A DNA stretch of 64,000 nt from Candidatus Geocrenenecus dongiae (GTDB lineage Archaea > Thermoproteota > Nitrososphaeria_A > Caldarchaeales > Wolframiiraptoraceae). This document shows positions 9,616 to 17,974 of the stretch, in pieces. Under the pieces are notes generated by a model that was given only the letters and a program-made list of their open reading frames with translations, had not been told where the DNA came from and ran no database searches. Position numbers and translations under genes: made by a program. The DNA is taken from assembly GCA_023267855.1 (NCBI GenBank), contig JALNLN010000002.1, forward strand, positions 11,094 to 75,093. Reading direction: 5' to 3'. Every line of letters begins with the position of its first letter. Position 1 is the stretch's first letter.

Positions 9616-10343
9616 ACGTTCTCGAATGTAGAGATTTAACAAAGATTTATGGAAAAGTTGTAGCAGTTAAGAATGTTTCTCTAGGAATAGGTAAGGGACA
9701 GACAAAAGTAATATTTGGTCCAAGCGGTTCTGGAAAATCTACACTGTTGAGATGTCTAGGACTCTTAGAGAAACCTACAAGTGGGACAATATACTTTAAC
9801 GGTATAGATGTTTATACGACTAAGCAAGATCTAAATAAGCTTAGAGCTAAGATAGGATTCGTTTTTCAAGAACCTTCTCTCTTCAGACATCTAACGGCTC
9901 TGGGAAACGTTGTGCTTGGATTAAAACATGTATTAGGTTACTCTGAAGATGAAGCTAGGAGGAAAGCTATGGAAGCTCTCAAACTAGTTAAGATGGAAGA
10001 TTGGGCGAACTATTATCCAGCACAGCTTTCTGGGGGACAGCAACAGAGAGTCGGTATTGCTAGAGCTATAGCTATGGATCCAGAAATAATACTCTTTGAT
10101 GAACCTACAGCAGCCCTAGATGTAGAGCTTAAATGGGAGGTCATATCTGTCATGAAGGATCTAGCAGATAGAGGAACAACTATGCTCGTAGCAACACATG
10201 AATTAAGATTTGCGAAAGAAGTAGCAGATGAAATGATATTCATGGACCAGGGAGAGATAATTGAGATAGGTACCCCAGAACAATTCTTCAGATCACCTAT
10301 GACAGAAAGAGCTAGAAAATTCATGGCTAAACTACTAGGATGA
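9612..10343 (+). CDS. amino-acid ABC transporter ATP-binding protein
   Basis: Walker A GPSGSGKST, signature LSGGQQQR, Walker B ILFDEPT. I prefer ATG 9612, which forms an ATGA overlap with the permease stop, over the tracked GTG 9579. Confidence 0.9.
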   Translation: MNVLECRDLTKIYGKVVAVKNVSLGIGKGQTKVIFGPSGSGKSTLLRCLGLLEKPTSGTIYFNGIDVYTTKQDLNKLRAKIGFVFQEPSLFRHLTALGNVVLGLKHVLGYSEDEARRKAMEALKLVKMEDWANYYPAQLSGGQQQRVGIARAIAMDPEIILFDEPTAALDVELKWEVISVMKDLADRGTTMLVATHELRFAKEVADEMIFMDQGEIIEIGTPEQFFRSPMTERARKFMAKLLG

Positions 10344-10347
10344 GAAA

Positions 10348-11010
10348 ATGTTATTCCTATTAAATTATTCAGATTTCTTGATAAATGGCTTCATAACAAC
10401 AGTTCAAGTTACATTAATAGGTGTTGGTTTAGGGATGATCCTGGGGATACTGGCTGCGTTAGGAGATATCTATGGTGGGAAGATAATAAAGATCATCGTA
10501 AACATCTACGTAGAATTCTTTAGAGGATCACCATTAATAGCTCAACTCTTCTTAATCTACTTCACACTTCCAGCTTTAACAGGAATAAGACTAGACGTAA
10601 TTACAGCTGGATACTTAACTCTAGCCTTGAATAGTGGTGCATACCAGAAAGGTTATCTTAAAGGAGCTATGGAAGCAGTATTCAAAGACCAATTCCTCGC
10701 AGCTTTATCTTTAGGTCTTCCACTCCGAAAGATATTAATGTACGTCGTAGTACCCCAAGCTCTACGTATAGTTATACCTGCATGGTCGAATGAATTAGCA
10801 TCTATGGCGAAGAGTACGACAGCATTGATAGTTATAGGTGTTAGAGAATTCCTTAATACAGGTGTATCGATAGTAGCTCAAACCTTTAAACCACTTGAAA
10901 CCTACCTATTCATAACTATAGTCTACTTCATATGGATATACTCTATGCTGAAGATCTTGGATATCGTTTATGATAGAGTTAAGATACCTGGACTTGAACC
11001 AGTAATATAG
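10348..11010 (+). CDS. amino-acid ABC transporter permease (second subunit)
   Basis: 220-aa multi-TM protein paralogous in architecture to 8965-9615. Confidence 0.85.
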   Translation: MLFLLNYSDFLINGFITTVQVTLIGVGLGMILGILAALGDIYGGKIIKIIVNIYVEFFRGSPLIAQLFLIYFTLPALTGIRLDVITAGYLTLALNSGAYQKGYLKGAMEAVFKDQFLAALSLGLPLRKILMYVVVPQALRIVIPAWSNELASMAKSTTALIVIGVREFLNTGVSIVAQTFKPLETYLFITIVYFIWIYSMLKILDIVYDRVKIPGLEPVI

Positions 11011-12087
11011 CTAGGCTTCTTTCTTAGATTCTGTTTCAAGTTTCTTCTTAACAATAACGCTAACTCTACCTGCAACTCTCTCAGCTATCGCCAAAAACTC
11101 TTTACTTACAGGAGAATCTGGATCTCTTATCACTATAGGTCTACCAGTATCTCCACTCTCTCTAACTTCTGGAGCTAGGGGTACTTCTCCAAGTAGGGGT
11201 ATGTTTAGCTCTCTACACACTTTCATAGTGTTTCCGTACCCGAATATCTCTGTCCTAGTACCACAATTTGGACATATGAAGTAGCTCATATTCTCTATTA
11301 TCCCTATAATCTCTACGTTGAGTTTCATGAACATTCTAAGAGATTTTAAAGCTATTCTTAAAGCAGCTTCTTGAGGTGTAGTTACTATTACAACTCCTGT
11401 AAGTGGAATTGTTTGAGCAAGAGTTAGAGGTGCATCGCCGGTTCCTGGGGGGAGATCTACAACCAGATAATCTAAATCACCCCACTCAACTCTCTCCAAC
11501 ATCTCTTGTACAGCCTTCGCTACAAGTGGCCCCCTCCATATTACTGGAGCCTCTTCTGGAATAAGCATACCCATAGACATAACTTTCATTTTTAGGTAAG
11601 ATAGACCTGGCTCAATTTTATCTCCACCTATAGGGAAGGGCGGTCTAATAACATCGAGCATCTTAGGTATAGTTGGACCATAAACATCTGCATCCAGTAA
11701 TCCAACACTAGCATTCTTTAATGCTAGAGAAAGAGCTAGATTAACAGCTATAGTAGACTTACCTACACCACCCTTACCACTTGCAACAGCTATAACATTC
11801 TTCACACCTAACATCTTCTCAGAAACAGATGGAAGATGGGGGACCTGTGCACCAATCTTAACGACAACATCCCTAACACCCGGGATCTTCGATACAACCT
11901 CTCTAACATTCTTCTCCAAGACAACTCTAAAAGGACAAGCAGGAGTAGTCAACTCTAACCTAACAACTACAACACCATCCTCAGAAATAGAAACATCCCT
12001 AACAAAACCTAAACTAACAATGTCAGCCTTAAGCTCAGGATCAACAACATTCTTCAAAACATTCAAAACATCTTCTCTAGAAACCAT
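11011..12087 (-). CDS. Mrp/NBP35/ApbC-family Fe-S cluster carrier ATPase with N-terminal DUF59-like domain
   Basis: Deviant Walker A (ASGKGGVGKST), CPNCG motif, and an N-terminal LKNVVDPEL..DIVSLGFV domain. The start is placed at the second Met (MVSRED); the tracked start is 12111. Confidence 0.9.
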   Translation of the reverse strand: MVSREDVLNVLKNVVDPELKADIVSLGFVRDVSISEDGVVVVRLELTTPACPFRVVLEKNVREVVSKIPGVRDVVVKIGAQVPHLPSVSEKMLGVKNVIAVASGKGGVGKSTIAVNLALSLALKNASVGLLDADVYGPTIPKMLDVIRPPFPIGGDKIEPGLSYLKMKVMSMGMLIPEEAPVIWRGPLVAKAVQEMLERVEWGDLDYLVVDLPPGTGDAPLTLAQTIPLTGVVIVTTPQEAALRIALKSLRMFMKLNVEIIGIIENMSYFICPNCGTRTEIFGYGNTMKVCRELNIPLLGEVPLAPEVRESGDTGRPIVIRDPDSPVSKEFLAIAERVAGRVSVIVKKKLETESKKEA

Positions 12088-12224
12088 ACACACAAAAAGA
12101 AAAGAAAGCAAGATAAAAACATTCCCAAACTATGCACCAAGACCTCAAACTCTCTAGATTCAGCCCCACGGAAAACTCTTCACTTTCTCAACACTTACAA
12201 AATAACATATGGAAAAGAAAGTAA

Positions 12225-12260
12225 AGTAAAAGGTAAACGTAAAAAAGTAAAAGGTAAAAC
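12225..12260 (+). repeat. two direct copies of the 14-mer AGTAAAAGGTAAAC, 21 bp apart, inside a GTAAA-rich array (about 12221-12272)
   Basis: 12225-12238 is AGTAAAAGGTAAAC. 12246-12260 is AGTAAAAGGTAAAAC (one extra A). GTAAA occurs seven times between 12221 and 12272. Confidence 0.8.
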
Positions 12261-12461
12261 TTTTACAGTAAACATTATTCTTCCCAGATTATATGTAGAT
12301 AGTAACATGTTTTCAATAATTCTATTTGAAAAGGATTAGTGATACAACTGCACGACACCAAAACCGATTTGTTTCAGCCCTTTTTCGGTTATTTATAAAT
12401 GTAACTCATGGTGGGTTGTTGTTTTATAAGGGTTATTGTTTTTCAAGGCTTTTTAGGTTCA

Positions 12462-12485
12462 TTAATCCATTTTGTAATGGATTAA
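12462..12485. repeat. perfect 10-bp inverted repeat with 4-nt loop (TTAATCCATT ttgt AATGGATTAA)
   Basis: Read directly from the sequence. It is all-AT-rich and lies in the long spacer upstream of ORF 12578. Confidence 0.7.
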
Positions 12486-12538
12486 TTTTATTTTACTAAT
12501 CCTTTTTATTTTGAATTAACGATTCGTAATGCATTAGC

Positions 12539-12576
12539 AAGGTAAACCTTTAATGGTAGATTGTTTACCTTTTACT
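12539..12576. promoter_or_regulatory. inverted repeat AAGGTAAAC-N15-GTTTACCTT abutting the ATG of ORF 12578 (candidate operator or 5' hairpin)
   Basis: The left arm is 12539-12547. The right arm, 12563-12576, is an exact reverse complement of the 14-mer at 12225-12238 and ends 1 nt before ATG 12578. Confidence 0.5.
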
Positions 12577-12577
12577 T

Positions 12578-12967
12578 ATGTCTGATAAAAAACGTGGTAA
12601 AGTGGAGATAAACGGTGGCGAGGTTAATGAGAGAATTAGTAGAAAGACTGGGACTGGGGTTGTTGAGAAGTCGAGGGGTAAAAGGGTTAGAAAGAAGGAG
12701 AGTGTTTCTAAGAATTCTGCAAAGATTAAGATTGAAGAAAAGTATTGGAAGTTGGCTATTGAGACTGCTAAGAAACAACCTAGACTTGCTTTTTATTCAC
12801 CTGTAGCTAGCGCTGTTCTCAATTACTGGAAGAATATTATCCCAAGGTTTAGTATTAGTGATTTTTTAGCGAAGATCGTTGAGAGAGATATTGAAAGTAG
12901 GTGGTCACAGTTATATAATAGAGCAGTAAAAGTTTTTGGAGAAGAGAAAAGGAGGAGAAAAACCTGA
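12578..12967 (+). CDS. orphan basic protein (Lys/Arg-rich N-terminal half, helical-looking C-terminal half)
   Basis: 129-aa ORF (MSDKKRGKVEINGG...KRVRKKESVSKNSAKIKIEEKYWKLAIE...). I recognise no family. Its TGA (12965-12967) overlaps the CTG that aligns with the initiator position of the next gene. Confidence 0.55.
   Translation: MSDKKRGKVEINGGEVNERISRKTGTGVVEKSRGKRVRKKESVSKNSAKIKIEEKYWKLAIETAKKQPRLAFYSPVASAVLNYWKNIIPRFSISDFLAKIVERDIESRWSQLYNRAVKVFGEEKRRRKT
12950..12955 (+). promoter_or_regulatory. Shine-Dalgarno-like AGGAGG, 8 nt upstream of codon 12964
   Basis: AGGAGG lies at 12950-12955, at a typical spacing from CTG 12964, where the dehydrogenase homology begins. Confidence 0.5.
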
Positions 12968-13974
12968 AGCCCAGAGTATATGTTACTAGAAAGATTCCTG
13001 AAGTAGGTTTAAAGATACTTGAAGCATATTGTAAAGTTATTTATAGAGACGAGGTTCCTCCACCTCCTAGAGATGAGATACTTAGAAACATTGAAGATAT
13101 AGACGCTTTATTCTGCACTCTAAACGAGAAAATTGATAGAGAAGTTATTGATTTAGCTGAAAATCTGAAAGTTATTGGTACGATGAGTGTAGGTGTAGAT
13201 CATATTGACGTAGACTATGCGACTAAGAAGGGAATCTACGTAGTCCATACTCCAGGAGTCTTAACTGAAACTACAGCTGATCTTGCCTTTGCTCTACTAC
13301 TTGCTACCGCTCGTAGAATTGTAGAGGGAGATAGAATGATCAGAGAAGGTAGATGGGTTATTCCATGGGCTCCTACAATGTTACTTGGATACGATGTCTA
13401 TGGTAAGATTTTGGGAATAATTGGTTTGGGAAGAATAGGAGTGGCAGTTGCTAGAAGAGCACGAGGATTCAACATGAAGATATACTATTATGACGTTGTT
13501 AGGAGATTAGATTTAGAAAAAGAACTAGGTGTCGAGTATAAGCCTCTTGATGAACTGCTTTCAATATCAGATTTTGTATCAATACATGTTCCACTTACAG
13601 CTGAAACTAGACACATGATAGGTGAGAGAGAACTTAGACTCATGAAGCCTACAGCTATTTTAATAAATACGTCGAGAGGGCAGGTGGTCGATGAGAAGGC
13701 ATTAGTGAAAGCCTTGGAAGAAGGATGGATTGCTGGTGCTGGTCTAGATGTTTTTGAAGTAGAACCTCTCCCACATGATAGTCCTCTTACAAAGCTCCAG
13801 AACGTTGTCCTCACACCACACATAGGTAGTGCTTCACATGATACTAGGAATAAAATGGCAGAATACGCTGCAACCGGAATAATAGAAGTCTTGAAGGGAA
13901 GGGTTCCAGAAAACCTCTTCAATCCAGATGTAGTTAAAATAAGACCTCCTGAGAAAATTAAGATGATAGAATAA
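12964..13974 (+). CDS. glyoxylate/hydroxypyruvate reductase-type D-2-hydroxyacid dehydrogenase, apparently with a non-canonical (CTG) start
   Basis: The track starts at Met 13183 (263 aa). The same frame is open from 12922 and encodes LKPRVYVTRKIPEVGLKILEAYCKVIYRDE..., the standard N-terminus of this family (MKPKVFITR...-like). There is no ATG/GTG/TTG in frame between 12922 and 13183. NAD motif GLGRIGVAVARR; catalytic-region TPHIGSAS. Confidence 0.8.
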   Translation: MKPRVYVTRKIPEVGLKILEAYCKVIYRDEVPPPPRDEILRNIEDIDALFCTLNEKIDREVIDLAENLKVIGTMSVGVDHIDVDYATKKGIYVVHTPGVLTETTADLAFALLLATARRIVEGDRMIREGRWVIPWAPTMLLGYDVYGKILGIIGLGRIGVAVARRARGFNMKIYYYDVVRRLDLEKELGVEYKPLDELLSISDFVSIHVPLTAETRHMIGERELRLMKPTAILINTSRGQVVDEKALVKALEEGWIAGAGLDVFEVEPLPHDSPLTKLQNVVLTPHIGSASHDTRNKMAEYAATGIIEVLKGRVPENLFNPDVVKIRPPEKIKMIE

Positions 13975-14789
13975 TGGTGGATTTTGTTAAGCTTATTGAA
14001 GAAGCTTTGAGATATGCTAGAGATGCTGTAGCTGAATCTTTTAAGTCTGGATGGGGGCTAAAGACAAGAGGTATAGGTGCTTACGGTGATAGATCTTATG
14101 GGTTCGATTTAGCCGCAGAGAAAGTAATCATAGATACAATTACAGATAGGCTGAAGAATGTAACAATTATATCGGAAGAACTTGGAATGTTTGGCTCAAA
14201 AAATCCAGACTACTATGTTATAATTGACCCGGTAGATGGTAGCAAGAATGCTTCTAGAGGAATACCTTTCTACTCTTCAGTCATAATAATCTCGAAAACA
14301 TTAAGCTCTGAAGACATAGTTGCTGCAGGAGTAATAAACCACTCGACAGGAGAAATTTTCGTAGGAGATAGAGATGGCTACATCAGTCTAGCTGGTGGAG
14401 AATTGAAATTAAACAAAACCAATTCTCTGAAAGATGCATGTATACTCTTAAATCATAGTTCTTTTAAGAGTGGGAAATACCATGAGTGGGCTAGAAGGAT
14501 AGTTCAAGAATCTGGTACATCTCTATTTCTTTCTTCAACAGCTCTTGAGATCTGCTACATATTGATGGGAAAAGTGGATGGATATGTTTGTCTAGACAGT
14601 GCTTTAAGACCGTTTGACTTCATGGCATCTATTTTCTTACTGAGAAATTATGGAGGAGCATATACAATACTCTTCGAAGATAATCTAGTTAAAGAGATAG
14701 ACTTGTCTGAAGGTAAGAGATTCGGTGTAATTGCAACGTGTAGTAAAGATCTTCTCCAAGAAATCATAAACCTAAGATTACCGGATTGA
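13974..14789 (+). CDS. inositol monophosphatase / fructose-1,6-bisphosphatase family protein
   Basis: Motifs SEE...DPVDGSKNA and a C-terminal FDFMAS region, 271 aa. The start overlaps the upstream stop (TAATG). Confidence 0.85.
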   Translation: MVDFVKLIEEALRYARDAVAESFKSGWGLKTRGIGAYGDRSYGFDLAAEKVIIDTITDRLKNVTIISEELGMFGSKNPDYYVIIDPVDGSKNASRGIPFYSSVIIISKTLSSEDIVAAGVINHSTGEIFVGDRDGYISLAGGELKLNKTNSLKDACILLNHSSFKSGKYHEWARRIVQESGTSLFLSSTALEICYILMGKVDGYVCLDSALRPFDFMASIFLLRNYGGAYTILFEDNLVKEIDLSEGKRFGVIATCSKDLLQEIINLRLPD

Positions 14790-14835
14790 GTAATGCAACT
14801 TTAATTAGATAGGAACTCAGAGTTCTATTCTGGAG

Positions 14836-15828
14836 ATGACGGTTTACCGAATGGAAGTTGAGATGGCTGAGAAGTTGAGAAGAGCAGGATACAGAATAGT
14901 TGGTAGACATTCAGCTGTAAAAATATGCCACTGGACTAGGAATGTTCTTAGAGGTGGGAAACATTGTTACAAGAACTGGTATGGTATAGAAAGCCATAGA
15001 TGTCTCCAGATGACTCCAAGCGTACAATACTGTAACATGATGTGTTTATTCTGCTGGAGATTCCACACTATTAATAGAGTCGTTGCCTATGAAGGTGATT
15101 GGGATAGACCTGGAGAAATATTTGATGAAATGATAAAAGAACAGAGACAGCTTCTCTCCGGATTTAAGGGAAACCCAAATGTAGATAAGAAGCTCTATAG
15201 GGAAGCTATAGAACCAAGACACATGGCTATATCTCTAGATGGTGAACCAACACTCTACCCATATCTCACAGACTTAATCAAACTTGCACATAGTAAAGGT
15301 TTTACAACATTTCTTGTAACAAATGGAACTATGCCTGAAAGAATAAGAGAATTAATAGAAGAAGATACCTATCCGACCAACCTCTACATAAGTTTCTATG
15401 GACCAGATCCTGAGACTCATGTCAAATTATGTAGACCACTCATACCAGATAGCTGGAAGAAGATAATGGAGAGTTTAGAATTGATGAGTGTTGTAGAGAA
15501 ATCTAGAAGAGTCCTCAGGTTTACTTTAGTTAAAGGCTACAATATGAAGGATGTGGAGAAGTATTGTGAAGCTGTGAAGAAGGCTAGACCTGATTATATT
15601 GAGTGTAAAGCGTATATGCATGTAGGAGAGAGTCAGAAAAGACTACCACGTGAAGCAATGCCATCAATGCAAGATATAATTGAGTTTTCTGAAAAACTTT
15701 CTAATTTTTCTGGATTTAAAATTGTTTCAAAAGACTTCCAGAGCCGTGTAGTGTTGTTGGCGGACGAGTCTTCTACATGGTATCACAGAGATCTAGAAAA
15801 TATTGAGAAGAGATCTAGGATTACTTAA
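14836..15828 (+). CDS. taw1: tRNA 4-demethylwyosine synthase (radical SAM, Taw1/TYW1)
   Basis: HSAVKICHW...CYK..YGI.SHRCLQMTP...CNMMCLFCWR cluster motifs typical of Taw1, 330 aa. Confidence 0.85.
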   Translation: MTVYRMEVEMAEKLRRAGYRIVGRHSAVKICHWTRNVLRGGKHCYKNWYGIESHRCLQMTPSVQYCNMMCLFCWRFHTINRVVAYEGDWDRPGEIFDEMIKEQRQLLSGFKGNPNVDKKLYREAIEPRHMAISLDGEPTLYPYLTDLIKLAHSKGFTTFLVTNGTMPERIRELIEEDTYPTNLYISFYGPDPETHVKLCRPLIPDSWKKIMESLELMSVVEKSRRVLRFTLVKGYNMKDVEKYCEAVKKARPDYIECKAYMHVGESQKRLPREAMPSMQDIIEFSEKLSNFSGFKIVSKDFQSRVVLLADESSTWYHRDLENIEKRSRIT

Positions 15829-16306
15829 AATACTTGATAAGCTTCTCGTACGTTTCTTCTGGTAGCTCTGGAATAACTTTCGTATCACCTATAACTGTCA
15901 TGAAACTTGTATCCCCAATCCATCTAGGAACTACGTGGAAATGTATATGATCTTCTATTCCAGCACCTGCAGCTCTCCCAATATTCGCTCCAATATTCCA
16001 GCCATTAGGATTATATTCAGAGCCAAGAACTTGAACACTCTTTACAATCAACTCCATTAACTCGCATAATTCTTCTCTTGTAAGATCTTCAACTTTACCT
16101 GTATGTTTATAAGGTGCTATCATTAGGTGACCATTATTATAGGGATACTTATTCAAGATTATGAAATTAAATTTCCCACGGTAAAGTACTAGATTCTCTC
16201 TATCTCTATTCTCCATAATAGACTTACAGAATATACATTCATCTTTCTTTGCTTTATCCACCTCTTTGATATACTTCATCCTCCAAGGAGCCCAAAGAAT
16301 TTTCAT
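15821..16306 (-). CDS. HIT-family nucleotide hydrolase/transferase
   Basis: Histidine triad HIHFHVVPR, 161 aa. Its 3' end overlaps the convergent taw1 by 8 nt. Confidence 0.85.
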   Translation of the reverse strand: MKILWAPWRMKYIKEVDKAKKDECIFCKSIMENRDRENLVLYRGKFNFIILNKYPYNNGHLMIAPYKHTGKVEDLTREELCELMELIVKSVQVLGSEYNPNGWNIGANIGRAAGAGIEDHIHFHVVPRWIGDTSFMTVIGDTKVIPELPEETYEKLIKYFK

Positions 16307-16416
16307 GTCAACAAATAAACTTCTAGTATAGGTGGATATAAGTTTAAAGATTATTTCAAGCTCTCTGAAGAACTATGTTGCTCTGGTGGAGGGGGAAATC
16401 TTTAAAAGTTCTGAAG

Positions 16417-16884
16417 ATGCCTAACGGTATGATGTCGGAGATCAAGCAGGTTGATGTTTCAAGCAAACCTCTAGTTAAAAGAGTCGCAGTTGCTAGAGGA
16501 TTCATAAAACTTCGTAGAGAAACTTTAGAGAAGATTAAAAAAGGTGAAGTAGAGAAAGGTGATCCGCTACAAGTAGCTAGACTATCTGCTATAAATGCTG
16601 TCAAATTTACACCCCTTCTACTACCTCTATGCCATCCATTAAGAATAGATCATGTTGAAGTTAAGCATAGATTACTTGATGGAGGTATAGAAATCGAAGT
16701 AAAAGTTGAAGCTGTGGAGAGAACTGGCGTAGAGATGGAAGCCCTCACAGCAACATGTATTGCACTCCTAAATATATGGGATGTTGTTAAGATGTATGAA
16801 AAAGATTCGGAAGGTCAGTATCCTGAGACAGAGATAATTGGGGTAAAGGTTGTTAGGAAAGTGAAGGAAATTGGAGAAGCTTAA
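16417..16884 (+). CDS. moaC: cyclic pyranopterin monophosphate synthase MoaC
   Basis: VDVSSKP..RVAVARG...PLCHPL...MEALTA motifs. The start is ambiguous (tracked 16375; internal Met codons at 16417, 16429 and 16432). Confidence 0.9.
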   Translation: MPNGMMSEIKQVDVSSKPLVKRVAVARGFIKLRRETLEKIKKGEVEKGDPLQVARLSAINAVKFTPLLLPLCHPLRIDHVEVKHRLLDGGIEIEVKVEAVERTGVEMEALTATCIALLNIWDVVKMYEKDSEGQYPETEIIGVKVVRKVKEIGEA

Positions 16885-17404
16885 ACCATATGAAGAACAT
16901 CGTTTGAGGGGGCCAAAAAAATTAAGATTCTCTCTCTACACTGTTAGTAGCTCAAGATATAAAGCGAAGATTTCTAGAGAAGGTTTCAAAGATGATTCAA
17001 TGGAAGTTGCTGTGAATCTAATTGAGAGGGAAGGATACGAGATCGTGGAGAAAGATGTTATAGATGACGATGTAGTTATGATTAGAAAGGCTTTAGAGAA
17101 TTCTCTATCTAGAGAAGATGTAGATGTAGTGGTTTTTATGGGTGGTACAGGTTTAGCTAAGAGAGATGTTACAATAGAAGCTGTTAGACCACTTTTTGAA
17201 AAAGAAATAGAAGGATTCGGAGAAATATTTAGATTTGAAAGTTATAAGCAGATAGGTGCAGCTGCTGCATTTACTAGAGCTACAGCCGGGGTCATAAATA
17301 ATCGTGTAGTCATATGTTTACCTGGCTCTCCAGACGCTGTTGAATTAGCTTTTAAGATTTTCCTTAGGGAGCTGCCTCATCTTGTCTATATTTCACGTAC
17401 ATAA
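16871..17404 (+). CDS. moaB: molybdenum cofactor biosynthesis protein MoaB/MogA family
   Basis: GGTGLAKRDVT and GSPDAV motifs with a TTG start. It overlaps the moaC end by 14 nt. Confidence 0.85.
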   Translation: MEKLKPYEEHRLRGPKKLRFSLYTVSSSRYKAKISREGFKDDSMEVAVNLIEREGYEIVEKDVIDDDVVMIRKALENSLSREDVDVVVFMGGTGLAKRDVTIEAVRPLFEKEIEGFGEIFRFESYKQIGAAAAFTRATAGVINNRVVICLPGSPDAVELAFKIFLRELPHLVYISRT

Positions 17405-17416
17405 GTTATTACTATG

Positions 17417-17902
17417 TTATTCAACTGGTATTTGTATTGCAACTTTTATGAGTGATTCTTCTCCACGCATTACATGATAGCTTGGAGATCTAATTTTCAT
17501 ATCTCTAACATAGACGTGCCCATGTGTTATTAATTGCCTTGCTTGATGTATTGTTTTAGCGTACCCCAATTTGTAAACCATTGTCTGTAGTCTTCTCTCT
17601 AAGATATCTCTAACAGTAAGCTTGAGTACATCGTCTGCAGTAGCATCTTCATCTACAAGTCCCATTTTGTGAAGCCTCTGAATAAGTTTCCTTTCTTCAG
17701 AAATTCTTTTCTCACCTGTTAAAACGAATAAAGCTCTAGCCTGAGCTCTAATCTTTCTCAAAATAGTTTCAGCTCTCCATAATTCTCTCTTATTTCTCAA
17801 TCCATATTCTCCTATCAACTGGAGTTCCGCAGCTAATCTATCTGCTTTCCAGGGATGTCTAGGAGTCTCATACTGTTTTCTCTGTCTCTTTGGATCTCCC
17901 AT
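17417..17902 (-). CDS. rps4: 30S ribosomal protein S4 (uS4)
   Basis: MGDPKRQRKQYETPRHPW...EYGLRNKRELW N-terminus followed by an S4 RNA-binding domain, 161 aa. Confidence 0.9.
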   Translation of the reverse strand: MGDPKRQRKQYETPRHPWKADRLAAELQLIGEYGLRNKRELWRAETILRKIRAQARALFVLTGEKRISEERKLIQRLHKMGLVDEDATADDVLKLTVRDILERRLQTMVYKLGYAKTIHQARQLITHGHVYVRDMKIRSPSYHVMRGEESLIKVAIQIPVE

Positions 17903-17974
17903 ATCATTAAAACTTTACCACAAGCTTCCTTTTAAACATGTGCCCGTAGCTATCTAGATCTTAAGATAGAGCGG

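Noticed and set aside
12112-12577. Interpreting the repeat-bearing AT-rich spacer as a replication origin
   Set aside because: The 14-mer does not resemble the ORB or mini-ORB elements I know. No orc1/cdc6 or whiP-like initiator gene is adjacent. An operator or iteron-like regulatory role is the more conservative reading. It is kept as a finding, but not as an origin.
12941-12967. Programmed -1 frameshift on GAGAAAAAC fusing ORF 12578 to the dehydrogenase
   Set aside because: The sequence is not a classical X XXY YYZ slippery heptamer and no downstream structure is evident. The AGGAGG plus CTG position explains the data more simply. It is retained only as an alternative within the start-codon finding.
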